Below, one piece after another: positions 50,389 through 63,035 of a DNA stretch of 64,000 bases; the first letter of the stretch is position 1; each line of letters begins with the position of its first letter. The stretch lies in the NCBI RefSeq assembly GCF_006345805.1, contig NC_043010.1:67022001-67086000 (forward strand), read 5' to 3'. The notes under the pieces were generated by a model. That model saw only the letters and a list, made by a program, of their open reading frames with translations. It was not told the DNA's origin and searched no databases. Origin of the DNA: Octopus sinensis (taxonomy: Eukaryota). A program made the translations under genes and the position numbers.

Positions 50389-50599
50389 TGACTGACTGCT
50401 ATTTCTAGCAAGACAAATCATGCAATGACATCAGTGCACAATCACTGATTCTGCATTAAACGCGGGGACAACAAGAGACAAACATAGATCGTCTGTGAAG
50501 GCTGGAAAGAAACGAGGTGACCAGGATCCATTCGATGTGTAAAACAGTAACCTGAATGAAAAGTCAAAGTGCATGTGAACTGTGGGAGCAGCTGGTTGA

Positions 50600-50790
50600 T
50601 AGGAAAGACATCAGCCAGTGATACATAGGAGAAATAACTATACCTGATGTGGACGTGAAATGGATATATGGTTTGATGAAGAGAAGCTCTGCAGAGGAGA
50701 AAGTGCCATGTGGTGGTGGTGGAGCTGATGTCTCAGAGTAAATGGTGAGGACAGGCTTCAAGACTTTGGACTTAGCAAATGTAATGAATT
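50600..50790 (+). pseudogene. Possible highly decayed RTE 3' remnant
   Basis: weak resemblance (VRTxFKTLDLANVM) to RTE C-terminal motifs. Confidence 0.3.
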
Positions 50791-51623
50791 TGAAACTTGA
50801 CAGGAGTGATATATAATATGCTGTACAGTAGACATGTCCATGGATGCATGTGGCTTCATGGTCAGGGTGTTGCACTCCTGATTGCAAGATTGTGGTTTCA
50901 ATTCCTGGACTGGGTGATGTATTGTGTTCTTGAGCAAATAAAAAAAAAAAGGTTTCATTTCACATTTGCTCAGTCCACTCAGCTGACAAAAATGAGTAAC
51001 CCTACGACAGATTGGTGTCCATCTAGTGGGGAATGTATATGCCATAAAATCTGGGAAACTGTCCTTATGAGCCTATAACGAGCCTATAACTTGTGCAGAA
51101 CCTTTGATCCTTTTTTGCAATGTAGACAGGTTAACACAGACTAATTCAATTATTATTTGGACTTATTGCCCTCCTAGATTAATCATATGTCCATATTTTT
51201 TTTGTATATTGTCCACTTTTTAACATGGCTTCTATGACTAGATCCCCTTCCTAACACCAACAAATTTAAAGTGAGTCCCAAGTGCATTTGGTTGAGGCAC
51301 CAACATCAGTGAGGTTGCCTTGTATCCAGCTTGACTAAAGAGTTTTCATTACCCTATGGAATCTCTGTTATTTGAAGACAGTGTGAGCAAGAATATGATT
51401 TAGGAGAGAGCGTGATAACAGCATATGAACAGGAGTAAGAGAGTGAAAGAGACAAGAGTATGATAGAAAAAAATATGTGACTGTGGTGAGAGAGTGCCAG
51501 AGATACAAGCTAATACATGTGTGTGTGTGTGTGTGTCTGTGTGTAGATTGATTGATAGATAGATAGAGAGAGAGATAGAAGATATATGTATCTATATCTG
51601 TATATTTTCATAAAAAATATATA

Positions 51624-51681
<58 letters not shown>

Positions 51682-52299
51682 TATTTATGTGGATATATAT
51701 AAATAAATAAATAGATATTAAATATATATATATATATACACACGCACACATATACATGTATATACAATTATATCTACTATAAATACATACATGTGTCTGA
51801 GTGTATATAGAAATATATGTGTGTATATAAATGTGTGCGTGTGCACACTCACACACACACATACAGAGTGCTGCAATAAGTGGAGAACCATTAAGCAGGT
51901 TTTTGATACTTTTGAAGTTCTCCAATAAACCTGATAATCAATAACCATGGTAACAATATAAATAAATTAATGAATACTTAAAATAGATGGGAGAGATTAA
52001 TTTGATAATACATTTATTTAAATTATTTTCGCAAAACTCTTCCACTGCTTTAAATTTCACGACACCCTTAGTTTAAAACCGCACAGAAATAATTGCAAAA
52101 TTTGCTCAAATTTGTGATTCCTGGTGATCAATATTTTTATAGTATTAAGCTTATGATGGTGGCATGGCTGTGTGGTTGAGAATTTGCTTCTCAATCGCAT
52201 GATCCTGGGTTCAGTTCCACTGCGTGGCACCTTGGGCAAGTGTCTTCTACTATATCTCAAAGCCTTGTGAATAGAGTTTAAAATTAAAAAAGAAATAAA

Positions 52300-52680
52300 T
52301 GCGCCCTTTTAAAGCCTAGCCAGGCTCATGGGCCCAGTTTCCCGGTGTCTATGGCGTATGTGTTTCCCAGCTGGACAGGACACCAGTCCATCGCAGCATT
52401 ACTCATTTTTGCCAGCTGAGTGGACTGGAGCAACATGAAATGAAGTGTTTTGCTCAAGAACACAATGCGTTGCCTGATCCAGGAATCGAAACCACAATCT
52501 TATGATCATGATGCTGACACTCTAACAACTAAGCCACGGGCCTCCATCAATAAATGCGCCCTTTTAAAGCCTAGCCAGGCTCATGGGCCGGTTTCAATGG
52601 TGTATGTGTTCCCCTGCTGGACGGGACACCAGTCCATGATGCTGACACCCTAACCATTAAGCCACGCGCCTCCACTGTGA
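52300..52680 (-). mobile_element. Two tandem family C-related SINE copies
   Basis: aaatgcgcccttttaaagcctagccaggctcatgggcc occurs twice. Confidence 0.75.
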
Positions 52681-53104
52681 ATAGATTTGGTAGACTAAAA
52701 ATGAAAGAAGTCCAGCATATATATGTATATGTGTTTGTACAGTGTGTCATATAGCCAACTGGAGACAATGTTTCCTGAGGCTAAATGACAGTAACATTCG
52801 TCCTAAACCAGGACTACCACACCAGGTTGGCAAATAATCTTTGGGAATGTTCTTTATGCTGCCTGTCTCGTATCTCTGTTTTTTTCTTTCTTTGTTCAAA
52901 AAAAAGTTAGTTTTTTTATGTTCTCGTTTCTCATTTTGTCTACGTTTTTTTTTTCGATGTCCTATACCCATATATGCATGTATATATACATATATATGTA
53001 GGTATGTACATATATGTATGTATATATGCATATATCTATATATTATTTATATTATTATATGATCGAACGCCACGCATCCGTTTTTAAATGTTTATACATA
53101 TATA

Positions 53105-53490
53105 TGTAGCTTGCTTCGCAACCACATGGTTCCAGGTTCAGTCCCACTGCGTGGCACCTTGGGCAAGTATCTTCTACTATAGCCTCGGGCTGACCAAAAC
53201 CTTGTGAGTGGATTTGGTAGATGGAATCTGAAAGAAGCCCGTCGTATATATGTACATATATGTGTATATATGTGTGTATGTTTGTGTGTCTGTGTTTGTC
53301 CCCCTAACATCGCTTGACAACTGATGCTGGTGTGTTCATGTCCCCGTAACTTAGCGGTTTGGCAAAAGAGACCGATAGAAGAAGTACTAGGCTTACAAAG
53401 AATAAGTCCTTGGGTCGATTTTCTCGACTAAAGGTGGTGCTCCTGCATGGCCACAGTCAAAGGATAGAAACAAGTAAAAGAGTAAGAGCA
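53105..53490 (+). mobile_element. SINE family B
   Basis: match. Confidence 0.9.
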
Positions 53491-53606
53491 TATATATATA
53501 TATATATAACGGGAAGCTTTATGAAAATAGACAAAAGACGAAGGCAGGTGGAAAACAAACAAACAATTGTATTAGTATGGCGCTCAGGAAATATAAATAA
53601 AACAAG

Positions 53607-53644
53607 TCTTTAACGTTTCGAGCCTACGCTCTTCAACAGAAAGA
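53607..53644 (-). ncRNA. Minimal type I hammerhead variant (CUGUUGA core)
   Basis: tcttt-CTGTTGA-a-gagc-gtag-gctc-GAAAC-GT-T-aaaga: 5-bp stem I, 4-bp stem II, palindromic ACGU stem III, GUU site. Confidence 0.6.
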
Positions 53645-53819
53645 TACACAGAGAGAAAAAAAAACACAGAAAGAAGGAGAGAAAAAAAATGCGTGCAGTA
53701 ACTAACGAATCAACATGGCGATCTGATTTCGGCCAGAGGTCAAAGATCAAACATGAGACGCGAGAGCGAAATAAGGGGAGATAATAGGGTTGATAATAGG
53801 GTTGAATGACCAGCTATTA

Positions 53820-54150
53820 GTGCGTAGGAGGGGTCTGGACGTGTGTATGTATAGGGTTGGTGTATGTATTAGTATGTATTAGTATGTATAAGGGTGTGTG
53901 TGTGTGTGTGTGTGTGTATGAGAGAGTATTAGTGCGTAGGATAGGTCTGGACGTGCGTATGTATGGGGTTGGTGTATGTATTAGTATGTATTAGTATGTA
54001 TTAGTACGTATTAGTATGTATAAGTGTGTGTGTGTGTGTATGAGAGAGTATAAGTGCGTATGAGGGGTCTGGACGTGTGTATGTATAGGGTTGGTGTATG
54101 TATTAGTATGTATTAGTACGTATTAGTATGTATTAGTTGGTGTATGTATT
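53820..54150. repeat. Three ~115-bp tandem repeats inside the Penelope-like element
   Basis: agtgcgtaggaggggtctggacgtgtgtatgtatagggttggtgtatg occurs three times. Confidence 0.85.
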
Positions 54151-54409
54151 AGTATGGCACATCATATATGATGTGATGTGTAAAGTCGTGTGGTGTAGTG
54201 AGGAGAAGAGGGGGAGGGGAAGAAGAGGGGGAGAGAGAAGGGGAGTGAGGGAGCAGAGGGAAGGGGAAGAGGGAAGGAGGGAGGGAGAAAGAGGGAAGAA
54301 GGGAAGGGGAGTACGGGTGAAAGGATGAAGGACTGAAGAAGTAGGGGTCGGGGGGAAGGATAGGTGAGGAGGGGGGAGAGGGGGGGTTAGATGAGGAGGG
54401 GGGAGAGTT

Positions 54410-54836
54410 GAGACCAAATGGCGTATAAGAGCGAAGAGAGAAGATTAATTCCTGTTCACGGCGCAAACGGGAATCCGGATGGCCTCTGTGTAAGGACAAA
54501 CCGAACACAGATAGGTGTTGCAAGGAGTGACCGGTGGAGCGGAAATGGCGAGAGACCGGTGTGTCGTTCGCAAGGTGGATGTCACGAAGGTGTTCCGCGA
54601 ACCGGTCAGCCAAGCGGCGTCCCGTTTGTCCGATGTACAAGGAATTGCAGAGAGAGCAAGAGACGCAATAGATAATATTGCTGGAGGTGCAGGTGAAGGA
54701 GTGGATGATGGGATAGGGTCGATGGTGGGTGCTAGTGAGGCGGGTGGTGTTGGAGAGGTAAGGGCAAGTGCGGCAACGTGGGTGGGAGCAGGGGAACGAG
54801 CCGGGTTGGGAGGTAGGGTCAGGGAAGGAGATATGG
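54410..54836 (-). CDS. Penelope GIY-YIG endonuclease domain, uninterrupted; RT absent
   Basis: PCSHPRCRTCPYL...FTCTSSNIIYCVSCSLCNSLYIGQTGRRLADRFAEHLRDI...PVSRHF...GH...RLRREQELIFSLRSYTPFGLN. Confidence 0.9.
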
Positions 54837-54944
54837 ACCATATATATACATATACACACATGCATACACATATATATATACGTACATATATATGTGTATG
54901 TATATATATATATATGTATGTATGTATGTATGTATGCAAAAAAC

Positions 54945-55060
54945 TTCAAATAACAAAACAATAAATGTCAATAAAAAAGAGTGGGTGTATAATGTTTGGC
55001 TCAAAATGGAAGAAGCCTTTAATGTTTTGAGCCTATGCTCTTCAACAGAAAAATATGAGG
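54945..55060 (-). mobile_element. Degenerate Penelope 3' region with CUGUUGA motif
   Basis: minus ctgttgaagagcataggctcaaaacattaaag. Confidence 0.55.
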
Positions 55061-55338
55061 AGAGGAAACAGATGGAAAGAAAAAAGCATACATACATACA
55101 TACATATATACATACGTTTTTGTTGGAATTTCTATCTAATTCAATATGGGACAAAGTGTTTTGGATACATTGATGAATAAACTTTATTGATTGGTTATCA
55201 TCTACTTTTGTGTTGTCTAAACAACTTCTGTCTACGCTCGAGGCTAACCAAACTGTCTATACCACAACCATATTGAATCTCACTAATTTGTTGGCATATA
55301 TATGCATACATATGTGTGTGAGAGAGAGAGAGAGAGAG

Positions 55339-55372
<34 letters not shown>

Positions 55373-55617
55373 AGTCTGTGTATTTGTCTCATCTTGTCTG
55401 GACATCACATGATAGTCATGAGTGGTGTCATTGCCTTATAAGCACTGCCATTGATTTCCAATATTCTGCGTAAACATATCAGGCCATGGCAAAATATTGC
55501 TTCGACTGTAAACAGGTAAGGGTTGGTGACAGGAAGAGCATCTGGCCACAGAAAAATTTCATTCAAAATATTCCCTTTGCCCATGCAAGCATTGAAAAGT
55601 GGATGTAAAAAAGATGA

Positions 55618-56025
55618 GGCGTAGGAGTGGCTGTGTGGTAAGTAGCTTGCTTACCAACCATTTGGTTCCGGGTTCAGTCCCACAGCGTGGCACCTTAGGC
55701 AAGTGCCTTCTACTATAGCCTCGGGCCGACCTGAGCCTTGTGAGTGGATTTGGTAGACGGAAACTGAAAGAAGCCCGTCATATATATGTACATATATATA
55801 TGTGTGTTTGTGTGTCTGTGTTTGTCCCCCCCCCCCCAACATTGCTTGACAACCGATACTTGTGTGTTTACGTTCCCGTAACTTAGTGGTTCGGCAAAAG
55901 AGACCAATAGAATAAGTACTAGGCTTACAAAGAATAAGTCCTGGGGTCGATTTGCTCGACTAAAAAGGCAGTGCTCCAGCATGGCCGTAGTCAAATGGCT
56001 GAAACAAGTAAAAGAGTAAAAGAGT
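55618..56025 (+). mobile_element. SINE family B
   Basis: match. Confidence 0.9.
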
Positions 56026-56042
56026 GATGATGCTTGTTGCCA

Positions 56043-56236
56043 CTAGTGTCGCTGAGTGGGTGGGGGGCTGCAGGGGGTGGCACTAGCATAGCTGGAGAGA
56101 GAGGGGCGGTAGGGGTGGCACTTTTAAAGGGGCGCCACTTTTGGGTCTGCTTTAAACCATATGTGTTTTTTGGGGGGTCTGGGGGCAGCAAAACAAAAGG
56201 GCCACCCCCGGGTGGCACACATTCTAGCTACACTAG
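56043..56236. mobile_element. GC-rich hAT-type MITE
   Basis: ctagtgtcgct / agctacactag inverted termini (10/11). Confidence 0.55.
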
Positions 56237-56554
56237 CGCTTGTTGCAACACTAGAGATTGGTAAGCAACTGCATTTATTTACAAAGCAGCCATGTATCAT
56301 CAGGCAAATGGGTGGGATTAGAGGGGCATTGCTGTCAAAACTGAATTGCAGGCTATCATTCTTTCTGAGTGATGGTTGTTGATAGGACTAAGAATGGTAA
56401 ATCCACGAAAACACCCAGAATAGAGGATGGACTCATTTGAAGACAATCTCTGAAATCCATTACAAAATGACAAACAGAATCTAAGCATGCACAATACACT
56501 CAGTTTTAATCCTTTTCTACTCTAGGTACAAGGCCCAAAATTTTGGAAGAGGTG

Positions 56555-57303
56555 GGGGGGCCAGTCGATTAGATCGACCCAAGTCTGCAACTGGTACTTA
56601 ATTTATCGACCCCCTAAAGGATGAAAGGCACAGTCGATCTCGGCGGAATTTGAACTTGGAACGTAGCGGCAGACGAAATACTACTAAGCATTTCACCCGG
56701 CATGCTAACGTTTCTTATTTCTTTATTGCCCACAAGGGGCTAAACACAGGGGGAACAAACAAGGATACACAAAGGGATTAGGTCAATTACATTGACTCTT
56801 GTATGCAACTGGTACTTAATTTATCGACCCCAAAAGGACGAAAGGCACAGTCGATCTCGGCGGAATTTGAACTCAGAACATTGCAGCAGACAAAATACCT
56901 ATTTCTCTATTACCCACAAGGGGCTAAACACAGAGGAGACAAATAAGGTCAGACAGACGGATTAAGTCGATTATATCGACCCCAGTGCATAACTGGTACT
57001 TATTTAATCGACCCCGAAAGGATGAAAGGCAAAGTCAACCTCGGTGGAATTTGAACTCAGAACGTAGTGGCAGACGAAATACCTATTTCTCTATTACCCA
57101 CAAGGGGCTAAACATAGAGGGGACAAATGAGGACAGACAAAGGGATTAAGTTGATTACATCGACTCCAGTACGCAACTGGTACTTAATTTATCGACCCCG
57201 AAAGGCACAGTCGACCTTGGCGGAATTTGAACTCGGAACGTAAAGACAGACGAAATACTGCTAAGCATTTTGCCTGGCGTGCTAACGTTTCTGCCAGCTC
57301 GCC
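56555..57303 (-). mobile_element. SINE family D: trimer nested in or next to another copy
   Basis: bodies at about 56716, 56899, 57083; heads at about 56690-56715 and 57255-57303. Confidence 0.8.
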
Positions 57304-57769
57304 ATCTTATACTCAGTCTTAATATGTTCCCCCCGTGTTAATTGTTTCCTGATGGCTCAAGGAATTCAAACTAAATGGGCGCATTACTCAAAAAGGGTCA
57401 TATATTTCCATGCTGGTGCTGGTACTACATAAAAGGCACCCAGTGCACTCTGTAAAGTGGTTGGCATTACAAAGGGCGTCCAGCCATAGAAACCATAGCA
57501 CTTTGCTTTCACATCTGTGTTACAAGCTACATCACACTAAGAGCAATTTTTTTGATGGATTTAAAAATAGAACAAGTGTGTCTTTGCTCTGTATGCTGGC
57601 AAATATAAATAATAGCTAGTCCCTTCCAATCATTTAATCTGAAACTAATCAGAAAATCTCTCGAACAACATTGATCGAGGGATCAAAGTACAGCAGAGGA
57701 ACATCAAACGTCAACAATCAGATCAATGTGGGCAAAGAATCCTGGGAACAAATTCCATTTTTCATTGCT

Positions 57770-58420
57770 GTATGAATGTGTGTGTGTGTGTGTGTATGTG
57801 TCTCTCTGTCTGTCTATCTGCGATTGTGTATGTGTATATATTTGTGTGAGAGTGTGCATGCATGTATGTGTGAGTGTGTGTATACATGTATGTATGTCTG
57901 CACATATGTATGTGTTAGTGTGTGTATGTATATGCCTGAGTGTGTATATGTATGTGTATGTATATAAATGTGTGTGTATCTGTATGTTTGTCTGTGTATG
58001 TATATAGGTTTATGTGTGTGTATGTATGTACATGTATGCGTGAGTGTGTGTGTATATGTATGTGGGTATGGGACATGTGTGAGTGTGTATATGTCTATAT
58101 GAGCATGTGTGTATGCCTATATGTCTGTCTATCTGCGATTATGTATGTGTATATGTTCGTGTGAGTTTGTGTATACATGTGTGCGTATATGTATGTGCGT
58201 GTGAGTGCGTTTATGTATGTGTATATGTGTGCGTGTGTATATAAATGTATCTGTATGTGTCTGTTTGTCTGTATGTATATAGGTGTATGTGAGTGTGTGT
58301 ATATGTATGTGGGTATGGGACATGTATGTGTGAGTGTGTGTATGTATGTGTGATCGTGTGTATGTGAGTATGTGTATGTGTATGAGTGTGCATGTGTGTG
58401 AGTATGTGTGTGTGGACCAA
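57770..58420. repeat. (TG)/(TATG) degenerate microsatellite field
   Basis: direct inspection. Confidence 0.9.
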
Positions 58421-58506
58421 ATCTATGTCTCACATATATGCCTCAAAGTCATTTGCCAGAAGACAATATCACACTATGTGTTGACCTGCAAATACAATTT
58501 TGCACA

Positions 58507-58881
58507 GTGTGGTAAGTAGCTTGCTTACCAACCACATGGTTCCGGGTTCAGTTCCACTGCTTAGCACCTTGGGCAAGTGTCTTCTACTATAGCCTCAGGC
58601 CGACCAAAGCCTTGTGAGTGGATTTGGTAGACGGAAACTGAAAGAAGCCCATCGTATATATGTATATATATGTATGTGTGTGTATATGCTTGTGTGTCTG
58701 TTTGTCCCCCCAACATCGCTTGACAACTGATGGTGGTGTCCTGTAACTTAGTGGTTTGGCAAAAGAGACCGATAGAATAAATACTAGGCTTCCAAAGTCC
58801 TGGGGTTGATTTGCTCGACTAAAAGCGGTGCTCCAGCATGGCCGCAGTCAAATGACTGAAACAAGTAAAAGAATAAAAGAA
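58507..58881 (+). mobile_element. SINE family B
   Basis: match. Confidence 0.9.
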
Positions 58882-59139
58882 TAGGAAAGTGTTGCAATAG
58901 GGAAGTAAATAATGTTTTCATCTCCTGCTTCTAAATATCGGATATCGCCAGGAATTCTATACAGAGAACGAGAAATTAAAAAAATATTGAAATAAAAGAT
59001 TTGTCAACATTACTAATTACATTTTTGTAGAATTAAATAATACAGCTGTATGCTATATGTAATTACATAAATTTAAAATGAAAACATCTGTTCATCAGTT
59101 CAAAACATACATACATTCATTCATACATGCATCGATATA

Positions 59140-59500
59140 TATCATCATCATCGTTTAGCGTCCGCTTTCTATGCTAGCATGGGTTGGACGGTTCAACTAG
59201 GGTCTGGGAAGCCAGAAGCTGCACAAGGCCTACTTTGAAATGGCAATGTTTCTAAGGCTGGTTGCCCTTCCTAACGCCAACCACTCCATGAGTGTAGTGG
59301 GTGCTTTTTACGTGCCACCGGCACAGGTGCCAGACAAGTCTAGCAAACGGCCATGATCGGATGGTGCTTTTTATGTGCCACCAGCACGGGGGCCAGGCTA
59401 GGCTGGCAACGGCCACGAACGGATGGTGCTTTTTACGTGCCACCGGCACGGGGGCCAGGCGAGGCTGGCAACGGCCACGAACGGATGGTGCTTTTTACGT
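59140..59500 (-). mobile_element. SINE family A with triplicated internal module
   Basis: ggcaacggccacgaacggatggtgctttttacgt repeated. Confidence 0.85.
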
Positions 59501-59574
59501 ATATATATATATATATAGATATACATACACATACACACACAAACACATATGCTTTTGGTGTGAATGGTGTTTTA

Positions 59575-59750
59575 TATAAGCTTAAAGCTTATGGCGATCA
59601 CTGTGCAATGACTAAGGAAAATAGTCTAATAAAGGGGCATATAAGCTCTCGACAGAAAAATAGAAAGCTTTTCTAGCCGTGTGGGAGTCGAATCCACATC
59701 CCTTTGTTAACGGACTAAGTGTGTTACCTTTACGCCAGCTAATCAGCCTC
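59575..59750 (-). mobile_element. tRNA(Asn)-like SINE with an unrelated tail
   Basis: minus ggctgattagctggcgtaaagg...ccgttaac...gtggattcgactccc. Confidence 0.45.
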
Positions 59751-59922
59751 CATTTTCCTCTCAAATTTAAGAAGTATAATAGTTCATACATTATTTTACA
59801 TTTGACAGATATTTATCCTCATCTTGCCAAAGATTACATAAAGCTAGAAGAAATCCAAATGTAGCACAGCCCAATGCAGGACATCAGATTGAAACTTTGA
59901 AGTCACTGTCACTCTTCTTGTA

Positions 59923-60259
59923 AAGGTGTGTGGCTGTGTGGTAAGAAGCTTGCTTCCCAACCACATGGTCCAGGGTTCAGTCCCACTGCATGACACCTTG
60001 GGTAAGTTTCTTCTACCATAGTCTTGGGCTGACCAAAGCCTTGTGAGTGGATTTGGTAGATGAAAACTGAAAGAAGCCCATCGTATATATATATATAGGC
60101 ACAGGAGTGACTGTGCGGTAAGTAGCTTGCTAACCAACCACATGGTTCCGGGTTCAGTCCCACTGCGTGGCATCTTTGGCAAGTGTCTTCTGCTATAGTC
60201 TCGGGCCGACCAAAGCCCTGTGAGTGGATTTGGTAGATGGAAACTGAAAGAAGCCTGTC

Positions 60260-60305
<46 letters not shown>

Positions 60306-60522
60306 CTATATGTTTGTGTGTCTGTGTTTGTCCCTCTAGCATTGCTTGACAACTGATACTGGTGTATTTACGTCCCTGTCACTTAGCGGTTCGGCAAAAG
60401 AGACCGATAGAATAAGTACTGGGCTTACAAAGAATAAGTCTCGGGGTCGAGTTGCTCGACTAAAGGTGGTGCTCCAGCATGGCCGCAGTCAAATGACTGA
60501 AACAAGTAAAAGAGTAAAAGAG
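59923..60522 (+). mobile_element. SINE family B preceded by a duplicated 5' half
   Basis: head plus CORE-like segment twice, tail once. Confidence 0.85.
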
Positions 60523-60567
60523 AATATATATGATGATGACTGGATTTTTTTTATTACTCTTGGTACC

Positions 60568-60814
60568 TGTCCTCAGATTGACACCCAAACACTCTGAAAT
60601 GTTTATATTGGAGCTTCTGGCGTGAATGCCAAGCAGTATAGTATGTCGTTTCCAAATTTCTGGCAGAGTGAATTGCATCATGGTGCTGTCTTTCTTACAG
60701 ACAGTGCCCAACTGACCCTACTGTACTATGTAGTTAACAAAATCAAAAATAAACAATAACCATGCGTGAAATGAAGAATTTTAATTAGCAACAATTTACT
60801 CATCACCCTCTGTA
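60568..60814 (-). mobile_element. 5' end of the same maT-like family as 13641
   Basis: MMQFTLPEIWKRHTILLGIH...LGVNLRT and TA-cagagggtg terminus. Confidence 0.75.
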
Positions 60815-61104
60815 TATATGTATATATGTATGTGTGCTTGCAAGCATGCGTATGTGCATGCATGTATTGTAATTCTAATTTTCAGATAAGTGGGATAAAT
60901 AAAATAAGGAATTTGTATAAAAGAGGACATGCAGAAATTATTTGAATATCTTTAATACATTTTAGTGGGTGCTGAAAAAAAGACAAAACAAAATGAAAAT
61001 ATTATTGTATCTCATTTGTTGACACAAAGCAACCACTACTTAAAAAAAATGTCATTAGGAAGAGAGATTGCTAAAGAGGTGGGCGGAATAAAATATATAT
61101 ATAC

Positions 61105-61503
61105 TCTTACTCTCTCTCTTTTACTTGTTTCAGTCATTTGACTGCGGCCATGCTGGAGCACCGCCTTTAGTCGAGCAACTCGACCCCGAGACTTATTCTT
61201 TTTGTAAGCCCAGTACTTATTCTATCGGTCTCTTTTTGCCGAACCGCTAAGTGACAGGGACATAAACACACCAGCATCGGTTGCCAAGCAATGCTAGGGG
61301 AACAAACACAGACACACAAACACACACACACATATATATATATACATATATACGACAGGCTTCTTTCAGTATCCGTCTACCAAATCCACTCACAAGGCAT
61401 TGGTCGGCTATAGCAGAAGACACTTGCCCAAGATGCCACGCAGTGGGGACTGAACCCGGAACCATGTGGTTGGTTAGCAAGCTACTTACCACACAGCCAC
61501 TCC
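61105..61503 (-). mobile_element. SINE family B
   Basis: match. Confidence 0.9.
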
Positions 61504-61996
61504 ACTTATATCTATAGGAAAATTAGATAATAGATATGTTGAATAGATACAGAATATGAATATGTATGTGGGGAATAAAGATGTCCTTATATAGATTAAA
61601 TTATAAATTAAAAATACATGAGTATGAAATATAGGTGTTAAAAAAAAGTAATTATTTATGGCGCTAGCAGTGAGGATAATGATGAGCTGAAAGAAAAAAT
61701 TCTTTGAAGGAAAATTTTTGCAGGAATCAAGATAAGAAATATGGCAAAAAAATGATTGCATGATCTAATGGTTTTTAATAAATTCTTAGTGCATATGTTA
61801 TATCAGTTTGGGGACTTATATCGGGGTAATAAATACTTAGGAGTATGTCTACAGGTCGATAAAAGCTCAGATCATTTGCTTAGATTAGTGGTGGTTTCTC
61901 AACCATTTTTTTGCCTAGGGATCCCTTTGGTTTGTAATTTAGTAGGGCGCCCTTTTAGCCTTCGAAGTTTTAAAAAATCCCATTATATCTTTATGT

Positions 61997-62350
61997 AGGC
62001 GCAGGAGTGGCTGTGTTGTAAGTAGCTTGCTTACCAACCACATGGTTCCGGGTTCAGTCCCACTGCATGGCACCTTGGGCAAGTGTCTTCTACTATAGCC
62101 TCGGGCCAACCAAAGCCTTGTGAATGGACTTGGTAGACAGAAACTGAAAGAATCCTGTTGTATATACATATATATATGTGTGTGTCTGTGTTTGTCCCTC
62201 CAACATGGCTTGACAACTGGTGCGTTTATGTCCCCGTAACTTAGCGGTTCGGCAAAAGAGAATGATAGAATAAGTACTAGGGTCAATTTGCTCGACTCAA
62301 GGTGGTGCCCCAGCATGGCTACAGTCAAATGACTGAAACAAGTAAAAGAG
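61997..62350 (+). mobile_element. SINE family B
   Basis: match. Confidence 0.9.
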
Positions 62351-62644
62351 TTTGCATCCATGTAGCTTCTGGTTTAATCCCACTACATTGCACATTGAGC
62401 AAATGTCTTCTATTATAACCCAAAGCTGACTAATGCCTTGTGAGTGAATTTGGTACATGAAAACAGTGTGCAACCCCCATCGTATTTGTGTGTGTGTGTG
62501 TGTGTGCGTATGCCTTTGTGATTGTCCTCTCCCACCATCATAACTTGACAACCAGTGTTAGCGTATTTACATTCTCTTAATTTAATGGACTGGCAAAAGA
62601 GACCAAGAGATCAAGTATCAGATTTTTAAAAAAGTACTCGTACT

Positions 62645-62839
62645 CTTGTACTTGTTTCAGTCATTTGACTGCGGCCATACTGGAGCACCGCCTTTTGTCG
62701 AACAAATCGACCCCAGGACTTATTCTTTGTAAGCCAAGTACTTATTCTATCGGTCTCTTTTGCCGAACCATTAAGTTACGGGGATGCAAACACACCAGTA
62801 TCGGTTGTCAAGTGATGTTGGGGGGGGATACAAACACAG

Positions 62840-62875
<36 letters not shown>

Positions 62876-63035
62876 GACAGGCTTCTTTCAGTTTCCATCT
62901 ACCAAATCCACGCATAAAGCTTTGGTTGGCCTGAGGCTATAGTAGAAGACACTTGCCCAAGGTGCCACACAGTGGGACTGAACCCGGAACCATGTTGTTG
63001 GTAAGCAAGCTACTTACCACACAGCCACTCCTGCA
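62645..63035 (-). mobile_element. SINE family B
   Basis: match. Confidence 0.9.

Larger units (their letters stand above)
53507..54836 (-). mobile_element. 5'-truncated Penelope-like element (Neptune-like)
   Basis: GIY-YIG ORF, tandem repeats, hammerhead variant and 3' terminus are collinear on minus; both ends abut TA-rich microsatellite. Confidence 0.8.
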
